Of a DNA stretch of 64,000 bases, positions 19,089-28,408 are shown one piece after another. Numbering within the stretch: position 1 is the stretch's first letter; every line of letters starts with the position of its first letter. The notes beneath the pieces are model-generated. The model was not told where the DNA came from. It saw only the letters and a list, made by a program, of their open reading frames with translations, and searched no databases. This DNA comes from an uncultured Phycisphaerales bacterium (lineage in GTDB: Bacteria; Planctomycetota; B15-G4; CAYZWU01). The position numbers and the translations under genes were made by a program. The stretch is from contig CAYXGI010000002.1 in NCBI GenBank assembly GCA_964464495.1, forward strand, positions 115,927-179,926, in the 5' to 3' direction.

Positions 19089-20195
19089 TCAGGCGCGCCA
19101 ATCGCAGGACAGAGGTTCAGGCCGTGTGCACGTCGTTTCGAGATCGACGTGGCGCGACATCTCCGATGCCTCGTGAAGGGCGTGCATGATATCGAGAACG
19201 TGCAGTGCGATCGCGCCCGAGGCGCGCGGAGGGCGGCCCTCTTCCAAGGCGCATGCCATTTCGGCCACTCCGAGACCGCGGCTGTTCTGATCGTACCCTC
19301 TCAGCGGCCCCTCCTCGGTCCACGCTCCTCTTTGAGCATTGAAGAGTGCGATCGGTCCCCCGAAGGTGTTGGGATCGGGCAGAGAGATCGTTCCCTCGCT
19401 GCCGTAGATCTCGATCCTCGGAAGACGCGCCCCGTGCACGTCGAAACTCATGAGAAGAGAGACCACGGGCCCTGATTCGAAATCGAGCACGCCGGCCACA
19501 TGGGTGGGGACCTCCACTTCTATCTTCTCGCCGTATCGCGGCGCGCTCCCGATCGTGCGCTCGGCGTGGCTGCGGCGCGCCGAACCTGTGACGCGCCGGA
19601 CCGGACCGAGAAGCGTGATCAGGGCTGTGAGATAATAGGGGCCCATGTCAAAGAGCGGCCCGCCCCCGCGCTTGTAGTAGAAATCCGGATCGGGATGCCA
19701 CGACTCATGTCCGGGGCAGACGAAGCAGGCTGTTCCCGCCAGGGGCCGGCCGATCGCACCGCTGTCGATGATCTCCCGGCAACGGACGATTCCAGCGCCG
19801 AGGACAGTGTCGGGCGCGCAGCCGACCATGAGGTTCCGGGCGGTCGCTTCCCGGAGAAGCGCCCCGGCCTCGGCGAGTTCGACGGTCAGCGGTTTCTCGT
19901 TGTACAAGTGCTTGCCGGCGCGCAGAGCGCGCAGCCCCACATCGCCATGAGCGTCGGGAGTGGTGAGATTCAAGACGAGGTCGATGGCGGAATCGGCGAG
20001 AAGCGCTTCCAGATCGGCATGGCGGGTCACACCGAATTCGGCAGCCCGCTCACCGGCCCGCTCCGGCTCCCGATCGGCGCAGGCCACGAGCTCGACGCGG
20101 CTGAAGGCCTTGAGGTTCTTCATGTAGATTCCGCTGATGTTGCCGCAGCCGATGATTCCTACATTGAGCGTGCCACTATTCATCTTGGTTCCCAT
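19089..20195 (-). CDS. Gfo/Idh/MocA-family NAD(P)-dependent oxidoreductase (ThuB-like).
   Basis: NVGIIGCGNISGIYMKNL is a Rossmann motif, and the C-terminal domain is Gfo/Idh/MocA-like. It sits immediately downstream of the ThuA-like gene with a 0-bp gap. Confidence 0.85.
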   Translation of the reverse strand: MGTKMNSGTLNVGIIGCGNISGIYMKNLKAFSRVELVACADREPERAGERAAEFGVTRHADLEALLADSAIDLVLNLTTPDAHGDVGLRALRAGKHLYNEKPLTVELAEAGALLREATARNLMVGCAPDTVLGAGIVRCREIIDSGAIGRPLAGTACFVCPGHESWHPDPDFYYKRGGGPLFDMGPYYLTALITLLGPVRRVTGSARRSHAERTIGSAPRYGEKIEVEVPTHVAGVLDFESGPVVSLLMSFDVHGARLPRIEIYGSEGTISLPDPNTFGGPIALFNAQRGAWTEEGPLRGYDQNSRGLGVAEMACALEEGRPPRASGAIALHVLDIMHALHEASEMSRHVDLETTCTRPEPLSCDWRA

Positions 20196-20852
20196 TCAAT
20201 CAAGCCGACCCGCTGCCCAGAGGATCCCCCGGGTGATGATCCCTTTGACCTCCGTGCTCTCCAGTTCAGATGCCACATGGCCGAGGGAGCAGTAAAAGAC
20301 GCGGCCGAGGCCGTAATGTCTCGTCCAGGCCACCGGCATGCGGCAGCGGTCGATCCACGCACAGTGTTCGCCGCCGAAGGTGGTGACGGCGAGAACCCTG
20401 TTCGACGGATCGACGTGCATGTAGTACTGCTCCGAGTGAACGGCGAAATCGTCGACACCGTCCATCACGGAATGATCCCTGTCGACGACCTCGACGCCAT
20501 AATCGACAAGACCGCCGGGGTGGGCCACGAACTGCCCTCCCACCATGAACTGGAACTCGGACGCGGTCCTGAAGGCGTCGCCCATGCCTCCATGCCATCC
20601 GCCGATGCCGGCCCCGGCCTTGACCGCCTCGACGAGCGACGCCTCCTGCCGAGGAGTCAGTTCACCCATCGTCCACGCGGGGACGATGGCATCGTATGCC
20701 CCGAGGCTCTCGGCACTGTCGAGGGCTGCGAGAGTCTCGGAAAGCGTCACGGTCACGCCGGCAGCCTCGAGCGCAGGCGCGATGATCGCGACACACTTCT
20801 CCGGTTCATGGCCCTCCCATCCGCCATGAACGATGAGCACTTTCTTGCACAT
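20196..20852 (-). CDS. ThuA-like protein (trehalose-utilisation family, class-I glutamine amidotransferase-like fold).
   Basis: MCKKVLIVHGGWEGHEP...YDAIV...GGWHGGMGD is the ThuA family pattern. The ORF track starts at 20927, but the ATG at 20852 has AGGAGA 8 nt upstream. Confidence 0.75.
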   Translation of the reverse strand: MCKKVLIVHGGWEGHEPEKCVAIIAPALEAAGVTVTLSETLAALDSAESLGAYDAIVPAWTMGELTPRQEASLVEAVKAGAGIGGWHGGMGDAFRTASEFQFMVGGQFVAHPGGLVDYGVEVVDRDHSVMDGVDDFAVHSEQYYMHVDPSNRVLAVTTFGGEHCAWIDRCRMPVAWTRHYGLGRVFYCSLGHVASELESTEVKGIITRGILWAAGRLD

Positions 20853-21301
20853 TCTGTTTCTCCTCATGCCACCCGCGGATCGGGACGCGGGATGATCACG
20901 CACAGGGTTCCGACGAATTCGAGTCACTGGTCACAGGATTCGGCGCCTTCGTCACAGAGTTCGGGGCAGTCATCACAAAGTAGTTACTGTCTGCAAATTC
21001 TGTCCGTATATCAAGGTCAGACAAGTGCGATCTTTTGACAAAACACAATCGAGAAGTCGTGACAGAGGTGCTATGTGCTGAGAATCGGGGGGATCGGTTC
21101 TTCTTCTTAAAGGGTGACGCCTCTGTCACGACGTTTATTTTCCCCTTCTGTTTGAAAAATCGAACTCGTTACGCGGTTGAGGTTGAACGCTTGGGATTTT
21201 GAACCGAGCTTGGCTGCAAACCTCCTCATCCGCCTCCTCCATTCGGGGGGCCGGAATCGGCGCAGTATCCGGTCCCCCGGTGGAGCCCTTCCCACAGCTC
21301 T

Positions 21302-22252
21302 TCAATCGCCGAAATGCAGGTGAAGCAGGTCAGCGCGCCGGCCGGCGCCTATGGTGACCACGAAAAGGTTGTCGTAGTCGGCATCGTCGATGGTGATTGT
21401 TTCCGAGACGCCGAGTGCGCCGAGCAGCGCGGAAACGGTATTCGAATGGCCGCAGACAAGGACGCTCTGCCCTCTGTGCTCGCTCAAGATGGTCTGGGCG
21501 AGCTTTTTCTCCTTCCCGGCATCGACAACGATCGGTTTCACGCGTGCGCCTCCGGCCGAGGGTGCGATCGTCTGCTGTGTGCGCCCATACTGTGTCGCGT
21601 AGACCGCATCGAGCGCGATCGGCTCGAGCATACGGCCGAGTCGCGCGGCGCGCTTCCACCCGGCCGGTGTGAGGCCGGGATCATCGTCGCGGCCCGACAG
21701 ATCCTTCTCGGCGTGCCGCACGACGAAGATCCGCGTCACCCTCTCTGTCGATTCATCGGGTCCCTCGACAGCCATCATGCGCACCACATCGCGCAGGCAG
21801 GCGTTGGGAATGGGAACGGTGAGATTATACTGACAGATCCGCCACACCCCATCCAGCTTGCGCATCACGCCCGATCCGCGCCATTCGCCATAGCCTTCGC
21901 TGTCGAGTTCTTCGTCGAACCACGCCACGTTGCCGTCCGCGGACAGGGAAAGGGATCTGTCCCTCGGTTTGAAGGTCCAGGCCGAGTCGCCCTCGAACTG
22001 ACGCTCTGCCCAGGCCCTGAACTCGGCCACGCTCCACCTCTCCTCGGGATCGGATCCGAGAAACACCGCGTCGGGCGCGAAATGCCCGAAGTAGCGCTCC
22101 TCGTCGGCGCACGCCGCGGCATCATGAAAATCATCGAGCACGGCGCACGCGGCATCGGCGTCGTCGAGCGGAAGGGCTACCGCCCCCCACAAGAACGCCG
22201 AGACAGACAGAGTTGTTACCAGAGCAGCATGGAGCAGAATATTTTTCGGCAT
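21302..22252 (-). CDS. Secreted two-domain protein: NTF2-like (SnoaL/DUF4440-type) N-domain fused to a histidine phosphatase (SixA/PGAM superfamily) C-domain.
   Basis: It has a signal peptide. RIFVVRHAEK is the RHG motif, and ...LVCGHSNTVSALLGAL is the histidine-phosphatase C-terminal His motif. Confidence 0.7.
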   Translation of the reverse strand: MPKNILLHAALVTTLSVSAFLWGAVALPLDDADAACAVLDDFHDAAACADEERYFGHFAPDAVFLGSDPEERWSVAEFRAWAERQFEGDSAWTFKPRDRSLSLSADGNVAWFDEELDSEGYGEWRGSGVMRKLDGVWRICQYNLTVPIPNACLRDVVRMMAVEGPDESTERVTRIFVVRHAEKDLSGRDDDPGLTPAGWKRAARLGRMLEPIALDAVYATQYGRTQQTIAPSAGGARVKPIVVDAGKEKKLAQTILSEHRGQSVLVCGHSNTVSALLGALGVSETITIDDADYDNLFVVTIGAGRRADLLHLHFGD

Positions 22253-22326
22253 CGTATCACTCCGAAAAAAGGCGAGATGCCCTTTGCGGCAGCCCGTTGG
22301 AAAAGTGCTTCATCTTCCGGTTCTCA

Positions 22327-23583
22327 CTAGGCCCGGCCGCAGCAAACCTTGAACTTGCGCCCGCTGCCGCAGGGGCAGGGATCGTTGCGCCCCACCTTGC
22401 GGCCGCCCGATTCGGCTGAGCGCCGGATCCGATCGAGCTCCGCCTCTCGAGCTTCGATCTGTTCGCGTTTCCACTTGCGGGCCAGCTCCTGAAGCGGCTC
22501 GTCGGCGTGGCGGAAAAAGATCTGGAACGATTCGCAGAGATGGCTCAGATCCCCTTGCGCGCCCGCCACGCGGTCGCGCGTGCATCCGCCGCGGCAGTAT
22601 TTCAACCAGCGGCAGTTCTGGCAAGCCTTGGCAAGCCGCGATTTCATCAGTCCAAACTCGTTCTGTCTCTCGCAGTTCAGCAGATCGCCGAGCTCGTCGT
22701 GAAGCACATTGCCCAGCCGCCACTCGGGCTCGACGTAGAAGTCGCACGAGTAGACATCGCCGTTGTGCTCGACCACCACGTAGGCGCCGCATTCGGACAG
22801 CAAGGTACACTCGGGCGGCTGCAGTCCGGCATAGACGTGAAATACGGAATCGAAGAACCGCACCGATGTGGTGGGAACACCGTTGTCGAAATCGTCGATC
22901 CAGAGATCGAAGAGGGTGCAGAGAAAAGCGCCGAACCTCTCAGCGGTCACCCGATCGGGCACGTCGTCGCCGCCGCTGCCGATTCCAGTATCCACGAGAG
23001 GGATGAACTGCATGTAGTTCAGCCCGAGTTCCTTGTGAAAGGTGTAGATCTCCTCGGCGAAGACGACGGCATAGTCGTTGACCACGGTGAGCGCATTGAC
23101 CGCCACGCCCTCATCGAGCATGAGGCGCGCCCGATCGACGACCCGGTCCCATGACCCTCGCCCACCCTTCATCTTGCGGTACCGGTCATGCACGTGGGCG
23201 GGGCCGTCGATCGAGAGTCCGACGAGAACGTTGTACTCTGCCAGAAAGCGCGCCCACTCCTCGTTGATCAGAATCCCGTTGGTCTGGAGGCCGTTTCCCA
23301 CCGTGTGCGAACGGCCGTGTTTCTTCTGCAGTTCAACAGCCTTCTCGAAAAAGGGGAGTCCCATCAGCGTCGGTTCTCCCCCCTGCCATCCAAAGGAGAT
23401 CTGCCCCGGTGCGTGCTTCATGGCCTGGCGCACCATCGCCTCGAGAATTTCCTCGCTCATGCGGTGCTGCTCGCCCGCCGCGAAGAGCCCGGCTTTCTCG
23501 AGGTAAAAGCAGTAGGCGCAGGCCATGTTACAGTCAGGTCCCGCCGGTTTGATCAAAATCGAGTTGAGAGGTCGTCGTTTCAT
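22327..23583 (-). CDS. Anaerobic sulfatase-maturating enzyme (radical SAM/SPASM, AtsB/ChuR-like) with a C-terminal SEC-C zinc-ribbon motif.
   Basis: CNMACAYCFY is the CxxxCxxC radical-SAM cluster. The SPASM cysteines are ...CGAYVVVEHNGDVYSCDFY... and ...CQNCRWLKYCRGGCTRDR. The extreme C-terminus DPCPCGSGRKFKVCCG is a SEC-C motif. Confidence 0.8.
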   Translation of the reverse strand: MKRRPLNSILIKPAGPDCNMACAYCFYLEKAGLFAAGEQHRMSEEILEAMVRQAMKHAPGQISFGWQGGEPTLMGLPFFEKAVELQKKHGRSHTVGNGLQTNGILINEEWARFLAEYNVLVGLSIDGPAHVHDRYRKMKGGRGSWDRVVDRARLMLDEGVAVNALTVVNDYAVVFAEEIYTFHKELGLNYMQFIPLVDTGIGSGGDDVPDRVTAERFGAFLCTLFDLWIDDFDNGVPTTSVRFFDSVFHVYAGLQPPECTLLSECGAYVVVEHNGDVYSCDFYVEPEWRLGNVLHDELGDLLNCERQNEFGLMKSRLAKACQNCRWLKYCRGGCTRDRVAGAQGDLSHLCESFQIFFRHADEPLQELARKWKREQIEAREAELDRIRRSAESGGRKVGRNDPCPCGSGRKFKVCCGRA

Positions 23584-23634
23584 GGGACTCGTGAATTTCC
23601 TTGACTCAATGACACTGTCCGCGACGCCCTACGC

Positions 23635-24633
23635 TCACAGGATCGGAATCGGTTCGCAGAGCGCCCGCAGGTTTTCGTGCGGGGTGGCGGCCGGAATCTC
23701 GCATCCCCCGTTCACGAACCAGGGATCGCCCACGGTTTCGTATAGAGCGCGCAGGTCGCGGCGAATCTTGTCGGGCGTCGACTTCATGACCGCATTGAGC
23801 GGATCGAGGTTACCCGTGAGCACCACGGCCTGGCCGAGAATCTTGCGGGCCCTTTTCATGTCGATCATCGAATCGCAGTCGACGATGTCAACGCCGAGAC
23901 CGGCGATGATCGGAAGATGGGCGTTGATATCGCCACAGATATGAAGCCGCACCAGACCGCCCGCCTCGTGAATCCGATCGAAGAGCCTCTTCTGAAAGGG
24001 AGCCACGAGCCGCTCGTACATGGCGGGCGAGATCTGACTGACCACGGCGTCGCCCACGCCGATCGTGTCCGCGCCCGCCCCGATCTGGGCGCGAGCGAAA
24101 TCGACGGCCACATTCGTGCAAAGATCCATCAGGTCGCGCGCGAAGGGCTCGTCGTCGATCAAATCGATCATGAAGCGGCTCACACCGCGCAGGTCGGACG
24201 CCTCGGCAGCCGGCCCCTCGACCCAGCCGGTGATCGAATAGGTCTTCCAGCCGAACTCCCTGTACGAGGCGATCGTCCTGAGTGTGTTGGCCATCCGCGC
24301 CGAGTGCGCCGGATCGGGTTTGTCGAGGAGGGCGATTTCTTTCGAGCTTTCGAGGGGCTGGCCGCACCGCGGCACAGCGTCGTCGAGATACTCGATCGCA
24401 CCCCCGAAGGCGGTGGTCTCCGTCCATGGATCGGACATGACATCGAGCTGATCGAATCCAAAATCGTCGACCAGTTTCCTGTTCGCCCGCACCTTGACGT
24501 TGTGGTCGCGGCAGAAGTCGCCGTACGAGGCGGTGATGTACCGCGCCGCGAAATGCATCAGAATCGGGATGCGCGGCACACAGTCCGCCTTGCGCCCCTC
24601 GATTATCGCCATCACACGCTCGTAGCTGTTCAT
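23635..24633 (-). CDS. Uroporphyrinogen-decarboxylase (URO-D/MtaA-like) family protein.
   Basis: 332 aa. MNSYERVMAIIEGRKADCVPRIPILMHF is a typical URO-D-like N-terminus. I cannot assign a substrate. Confidence 0.65.
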   Translation of the reverse strand: MNSYERVMAIIEGRKADCVPRIPILMHFAARYITASYGDFCRDHNVKVRANRKLVDDFGFDQLDVMSDPWTETTAFGGAIEYLDDAVPRCGQPLESSKEIALLDKPDPAHSARMANTLRTIASYREFGWKTYSITGWVEGPAAEASDLRGVSRFMIDLIDDEPFARDLMDLCTNVAVDFARAQIGAGADTIGVGDAVVSQISPAMYERLVAPFQKRLFDRIHEAGGLVRLHICGDINAHLPIIAGLGVDIVDCDSMIDMKRARKILGQAVVLTGNLDPLNAVMKSTPDKIRRDLRALYETVGDPWFVNGGCEIPAATPHENLRALCEPIPIL

Positions 24634-24871
24634 CGAGGGCGGAGACCTCCGGCGAAAGGGACAGGACTGTTTGAACTTTGAACCGCTCGAATGGTATAAA
24701 ACGTTCTAACGATACGCTCGGTCTCGGCACCGGCAATGGTCAGGCCGCCGTGCGATGACAACTCCGGCTATCACGCCGATATTCCGAACTTGAATCCTAC
24801 AACATCAACGGTTACAGGCAAAGGATCGTTGTAATCTATCAAAATGGACAACCCGTGAGAGGAAGAGATTC

Positions 24872-27800
24872 ATGAGAGTCAGCCTTGTGCTTCTGGCCAT
24901 GTTCTTTGTGGTTCACGCGCTCCCAGAGACGCACGCCCATGACTTCACGATCGTCGCCTTCGGCGACTCGACCACGGCGCGCCGTCCGGGCATCGAAAGA
25001 GTCTATGCCGATCGGCTCGGCTCGCTCCTGACTGCGAGAGGCATCGACGCCCGGATCGTCAACGCCGGCGTGCCGCGCCACACCACTGTCGACGGCCGCG
25101 AACGGTTTGTGAAGGATGTGCTCGCTCTCGATCCCGCTGTCGTGATCATTCAATTCGGAATCAACGACTCCTTCGTCGACGTGGACAGGGGCGCCGACGG
25201 GCCGCGCGTTGCGAAGAAAACATTCGAGGAGAACCTCGAGTATTTTGCGACCGCTCTCGAGGCTGCCGGAATAGAGCCCATCCTCATGACTCCCAATCCG
25301 CTCTACTGGACAGGCACTCTGCAGCAACGATTCGGCAAACCGCCCTACGACACCGAGGACCGGTATGGCCTCAACCTCTTCAACAGTGAGTACGCGGCAT
25401 CGATCCGCCAGATCGCCGCAGAGCGCGCACTGCGCCTCATCGACATCTATCAGCACTATGTCGACCGCGACAAGGACGCCAAGCAGTCGGCCGAGGACCT
25501 CCTGCTCGACGGCATGCACCCCAATGACGAGGGCCACGCGATCACGGCGTCTCTTCTCGCCGACACGATCGGTTCCATGCAAAACTCGATTATTTCCATT
25601 CCCCTCATAGACCTGTCAGGCCAGACGTGGCGCCGCGAGACCGTGGACCGCCTTCCCGAGGGAGATCGCAATGCGCCTCTGACTGTAGGCCCGCCGGGCA
25701 AAGAAAAGCAGGTTTGCCTCGCATACGACAGCGAGGACCTTGACCGCCTCCTCTGGACGGAAAGTAGCGATCATGGTCTGTCGTGGTCCACGCTGAGCGA
25801 GGCGCCCGCAGTGCTCGCCGGAGAGGGCCATGTCATGGCGCGCGCCGCCGACGGCCGGTACGTGGTCGCATTCCGGGATCGATTCAGGGGAAGCAGAACG
25901 TTTGGCGATTATCTCATCTGGGTCGGAACGTGGCACGACATGATGAAGGGCAGCTCGGGCCAGTACCGGGCGCGATTGCTCGACGCCATTCCGACTGAGA
26001 ACGGCTCTTCCGTGATGCAACTCGAATCCATGCCGGAGGGGGCGCTCGTTTTTTCCACGAGGAACGTGACCGTGCGCTTCCGCCTCGACGAGATCGACTG
26101 GGCCGCCGACAGGCGTCCGCCGATGTCGATGCTCGGCCATCAAGGAAAGATCCGCGTGGCGTGCGTTGGCGATGGACTTCCCGTCGGCCAGGGCCTGAAT
26201 AACAAGCGCAAGTACGCCTTTCCCACGCAGCTCGAAAAGCTGCTCGGCGTCAAGTGGGAGGTGCGCAACTTCGGCGTTGCGGGTACCACGGTGCGGGAGG
26301 GAGGCCAGAGGCCCTTTGCCAATGAAAAAGCCCTCGAACAGGTTCTCGCCTGGAAACCCGATGTAGTGGTCTGCTCCTTCGGGATCAACGATGCGCTCGA
26401 ACCTGAGTGGCGGCACGCGGCCGAATTCGTGGCCGACTACAGAGCGCTTCTCAGGAGGTTCGACTCCCTCGACAAGAGCCCGCGGCTCTGGATTTGCGAC
26501 CTTCCCCCCCTCTTTCCCGGCCACCGGCTCTATGAAAAGCTCCAGTCAAACAGACCCGCGCTGCGCGCTGCGATCTGGGACGTGGCGCGATCGGAGAGGC
26601 TGCCGATCATCGATTTCTTCACTCCCCTCGCCGATCGACCCCAACTCTTGGTCTCGGGACTCTACCCCAACGCGGGCGGTTCGTGTCTCCTGGCACGCGC
26701 GGTCTACACGGCTCTCACCGGGCGCAGAACGGTCACGGGCGAGGCGCTGCCCGAGGAGATCGTCCCTCTCCGACCGCCCGAGGGAGAGAGTGTGATTTTC
26801 GTCGACGGCCCACGCGCGCCCGGCGCCTATTCGTCGTGGTATCAGAGAAAGGACTATGTCGAGGGCTTCGACCGCCACAATATCCTGCAGGCTCACAGGG
26901 GTGTGGGAGAGGGCGACTTCCGCATCAGCGCGAGGCTTCGAATCAAAGAGCAGCGGCGCGGCGAGGCGGCCTTCTTTTTCGGCACGAACCATTTCGGGTT
27001 CGAGGGGGCGCGCGAAACACTTTTCGTGAAGGGCCCTCTCTTCGGCGGAACGCACCTTCTCGATCCGACCACGACGGCTTTCAAATCTGGAAGCTGGATC
27101 GTTTTCGACGTGGTCCGCCGGGGGCGGACACTCCAGTTCATGATCGATGGAAACGTGATCCACACCGTCGACAATGAGGCGCAAGTCTACACGCCGATCG
27201 GATTCACCCCGGGGCGTGCCATCATACAGATCAGCCATTTTTCACTGATCGGATCGAGCGTGCCTGCCGATCCGCCCCAGCCGCGAGGGTACTCGATTCC
27301 GACCGTCGACCTCGCCTCGGACACGCAGAGGCAGGTTGTGGTCGACAGGGACGAAGGCCAGTACCTCGGCCACCCGACCACGGTGCTCCTCGAGGACAAC
27401 AAGACCATGATCTGCGTCTATCCCAAGGGCCACGGTCGCGGGCCGATCGTGATGAAGCGCAGCACTGACGCAGGACTGACCTGGTCCGAGCGGCTGCCCA
27501 CGCCAAAGAGCTGGGCGACCTCCATGGAAGTGCCCACCATCTATCGTGTGATAGACGGGGCCGGAAAGAAACGGCTGATCATGTTTTCGGGCCTCTACCC
27601 GATCCGTATGGCGGTCTCCGGCGACGACGGTTTGAGCTGGAGCGAGCTCGAACCGATCGGCGACTTCGGCGGTATCGTCGCCATGGGCGACGTGATCGCA
27701 CTCGCCGAGCGGGGACATTACATGGCGCTCTTTCACGACGATGGCCGATTCCTTCACGACTCCAGAAAGACCGCCGGTAAAATGGAGGTTTACAAGACCC

Positions 27801-28363
27801 TCTCGTCTGATGGCGGCTTGACGTGGAGTGAGCCCGAAACGATCCTCTCCCGTTCCGACGTGGGGCTCTGCGAGCCGGGCATGATCCGCTCGCCCGATGG
27901 AAAGACGATCGCCGTGCTCATGCGTGAGAACTACCGGTACCGGAACTCGCACGTCATGTTCTCCAGCGACGAGGGAGAGACATTCTCCGAGCCGCGCGAA
28001 CTGCCCGGGAGCCTGACCGGCGACCGGCACACTCTCCGGTACGCGCCCGACGGCCGGATCGTGGCGACCTTCCGGGACACGACCCTCGAAAGCCCCACCC
28101 AGGGCGACTGGGTCGGCTGGGTGGGCACGTGGGACGATATCGCCGGGGGCGCTGAGGGGCAGTACAGGATCCGCTTCATGGACAACACATTGAGATCGGA
28201 CTGCGCTTATCCCGGACTCGAGCTTCTGCCGGACGGCACCTTCGTGACCACCACCTACGGCCACTGGACGAAAAAGCAGAAGCCCTACATCGTGAGCGTG
28301 CGATTCAAGCTCGATGAACTCGATCCCGAGGCCGCGCGTCTCTCCAAAGAGGAGAACAAATAG
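24872..28363 (+). CDS. Multidomain secreted glycan esterase/sialidase: SGNH(GDSL) hydrolase, BNR segment, second SGNH hydrolase, LamG/concanavalin-like domain, then a BNR-repeat sialidase-like domain (1163 aa).
   Basis: There are two separate GDS-type blocks (IVAFGDSTT...GINDS...DGMHPNDEGH, and VACVGDGLPVGQG...GINDAL...). BNR S-x-D-x-G-x-T-W repeats occur throughout (SDHGLSWS, STDAGLTWSE, SGDDGLSWSE, SSDGGLTWSE, SSDEGETFSE). Confidence 0.75.
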   Translation: MRVSLVLLAMFFVVHALPETHAHDFTIVAFGDSTTARRPGIERVYADRLGSLLTARGIDARIVNAGVPRHTTVDGRERFVKDVLALDPAVVIIQFGINDSFVDVDRGADGPRVAKKTFEENLEYFATALEAAGIEPILMTPNPLYWTGTLQQRFGKPPYDTEDRYGLNLFNSEYAASIRQIAAERALRLIDIYQHYVDRDKDAKQSAEDLLLDGMHPNDEGHAITASLLADTIGSMQNSIISIPLIDLSGQTWRRETVDRLPEGDRNAPLTVGPPGKEKQVCLAYDSEDLDRLLWTESSDHGLSWSTLSEAPAVLAGEGHVMARAADGRYVVAFRDRFRGSRTFGDYLIWVGTWHDMMKGSSGQYRARLLDAIPTENGSSVMQLESMPEGALVFSTRNVTVRFRLDEIDWAADRRPPMSMLGHQGKIRVACVGDGLPVGQGLNNKRKYAFPTQLEKLLGVKWEVRNFGVAGTTVREGGQRPFANEKALEQVLAWKPDVVVCSFGINDALEPEWRHAAEFVADYRALLRRFDSLDKSPRLWICDLPPLFPGHRLYEKLQSNRPALRAAIWDVARSERLPIIDFFTPLADRPQLLVSGLYPNAGGSCLLARAVYTALTGRRTVTGEALPEEIVPLRPPEGESVIFVDGPRAPGAYSSWYQRKDYVEGFDRHNILQAHRGVGEGDFRISARLRIKEQRRGEAAFFFGTNHFGFEGARETLFVKGPLFGGTHLLDPTTTAFKSGSWIVFDVVRRGRTLQFMIDGNVIHTVDNEAQVYTPIGFTPGRAIIQISHFSLIGSSVPADPPQPRGYSIPTVDLASDTQRQVVVDRDEGQYLGHPTTVLLEDNKTMICVYPKGHGRGPIVMKRSTDAGLTWSERLPTPKSWATSMEVPTIYRVIDGAGKKRLIMFSGLYPIRMAVSGDDGLSWSELEPIGDFGGIVAMGDVIALAERGHYMALFHDDGRFLHDSRKTAGKMEVYKTLSSDGGLTWSEPETILSRSDVGLCEPGMIRSPDGKTIAVLMRENYRYRNSHVMFSSDEGETFSEPRELPGSLTGDRHTLRYAPDGRIVATFRDTTLESPTQGDWVGWVGTWDDIAGGAEGQYRIRFMDNTLRSDCAYPGLELLPDGTFVTTTYGHWTKKQKPYIVSVRFKLDELDPEAARLSKEENK

Positions 28364-28408
28364 GATGACCGAAAATTTCACCAGCCTCTGGGCAACGATC
28401 GAGGGGAC

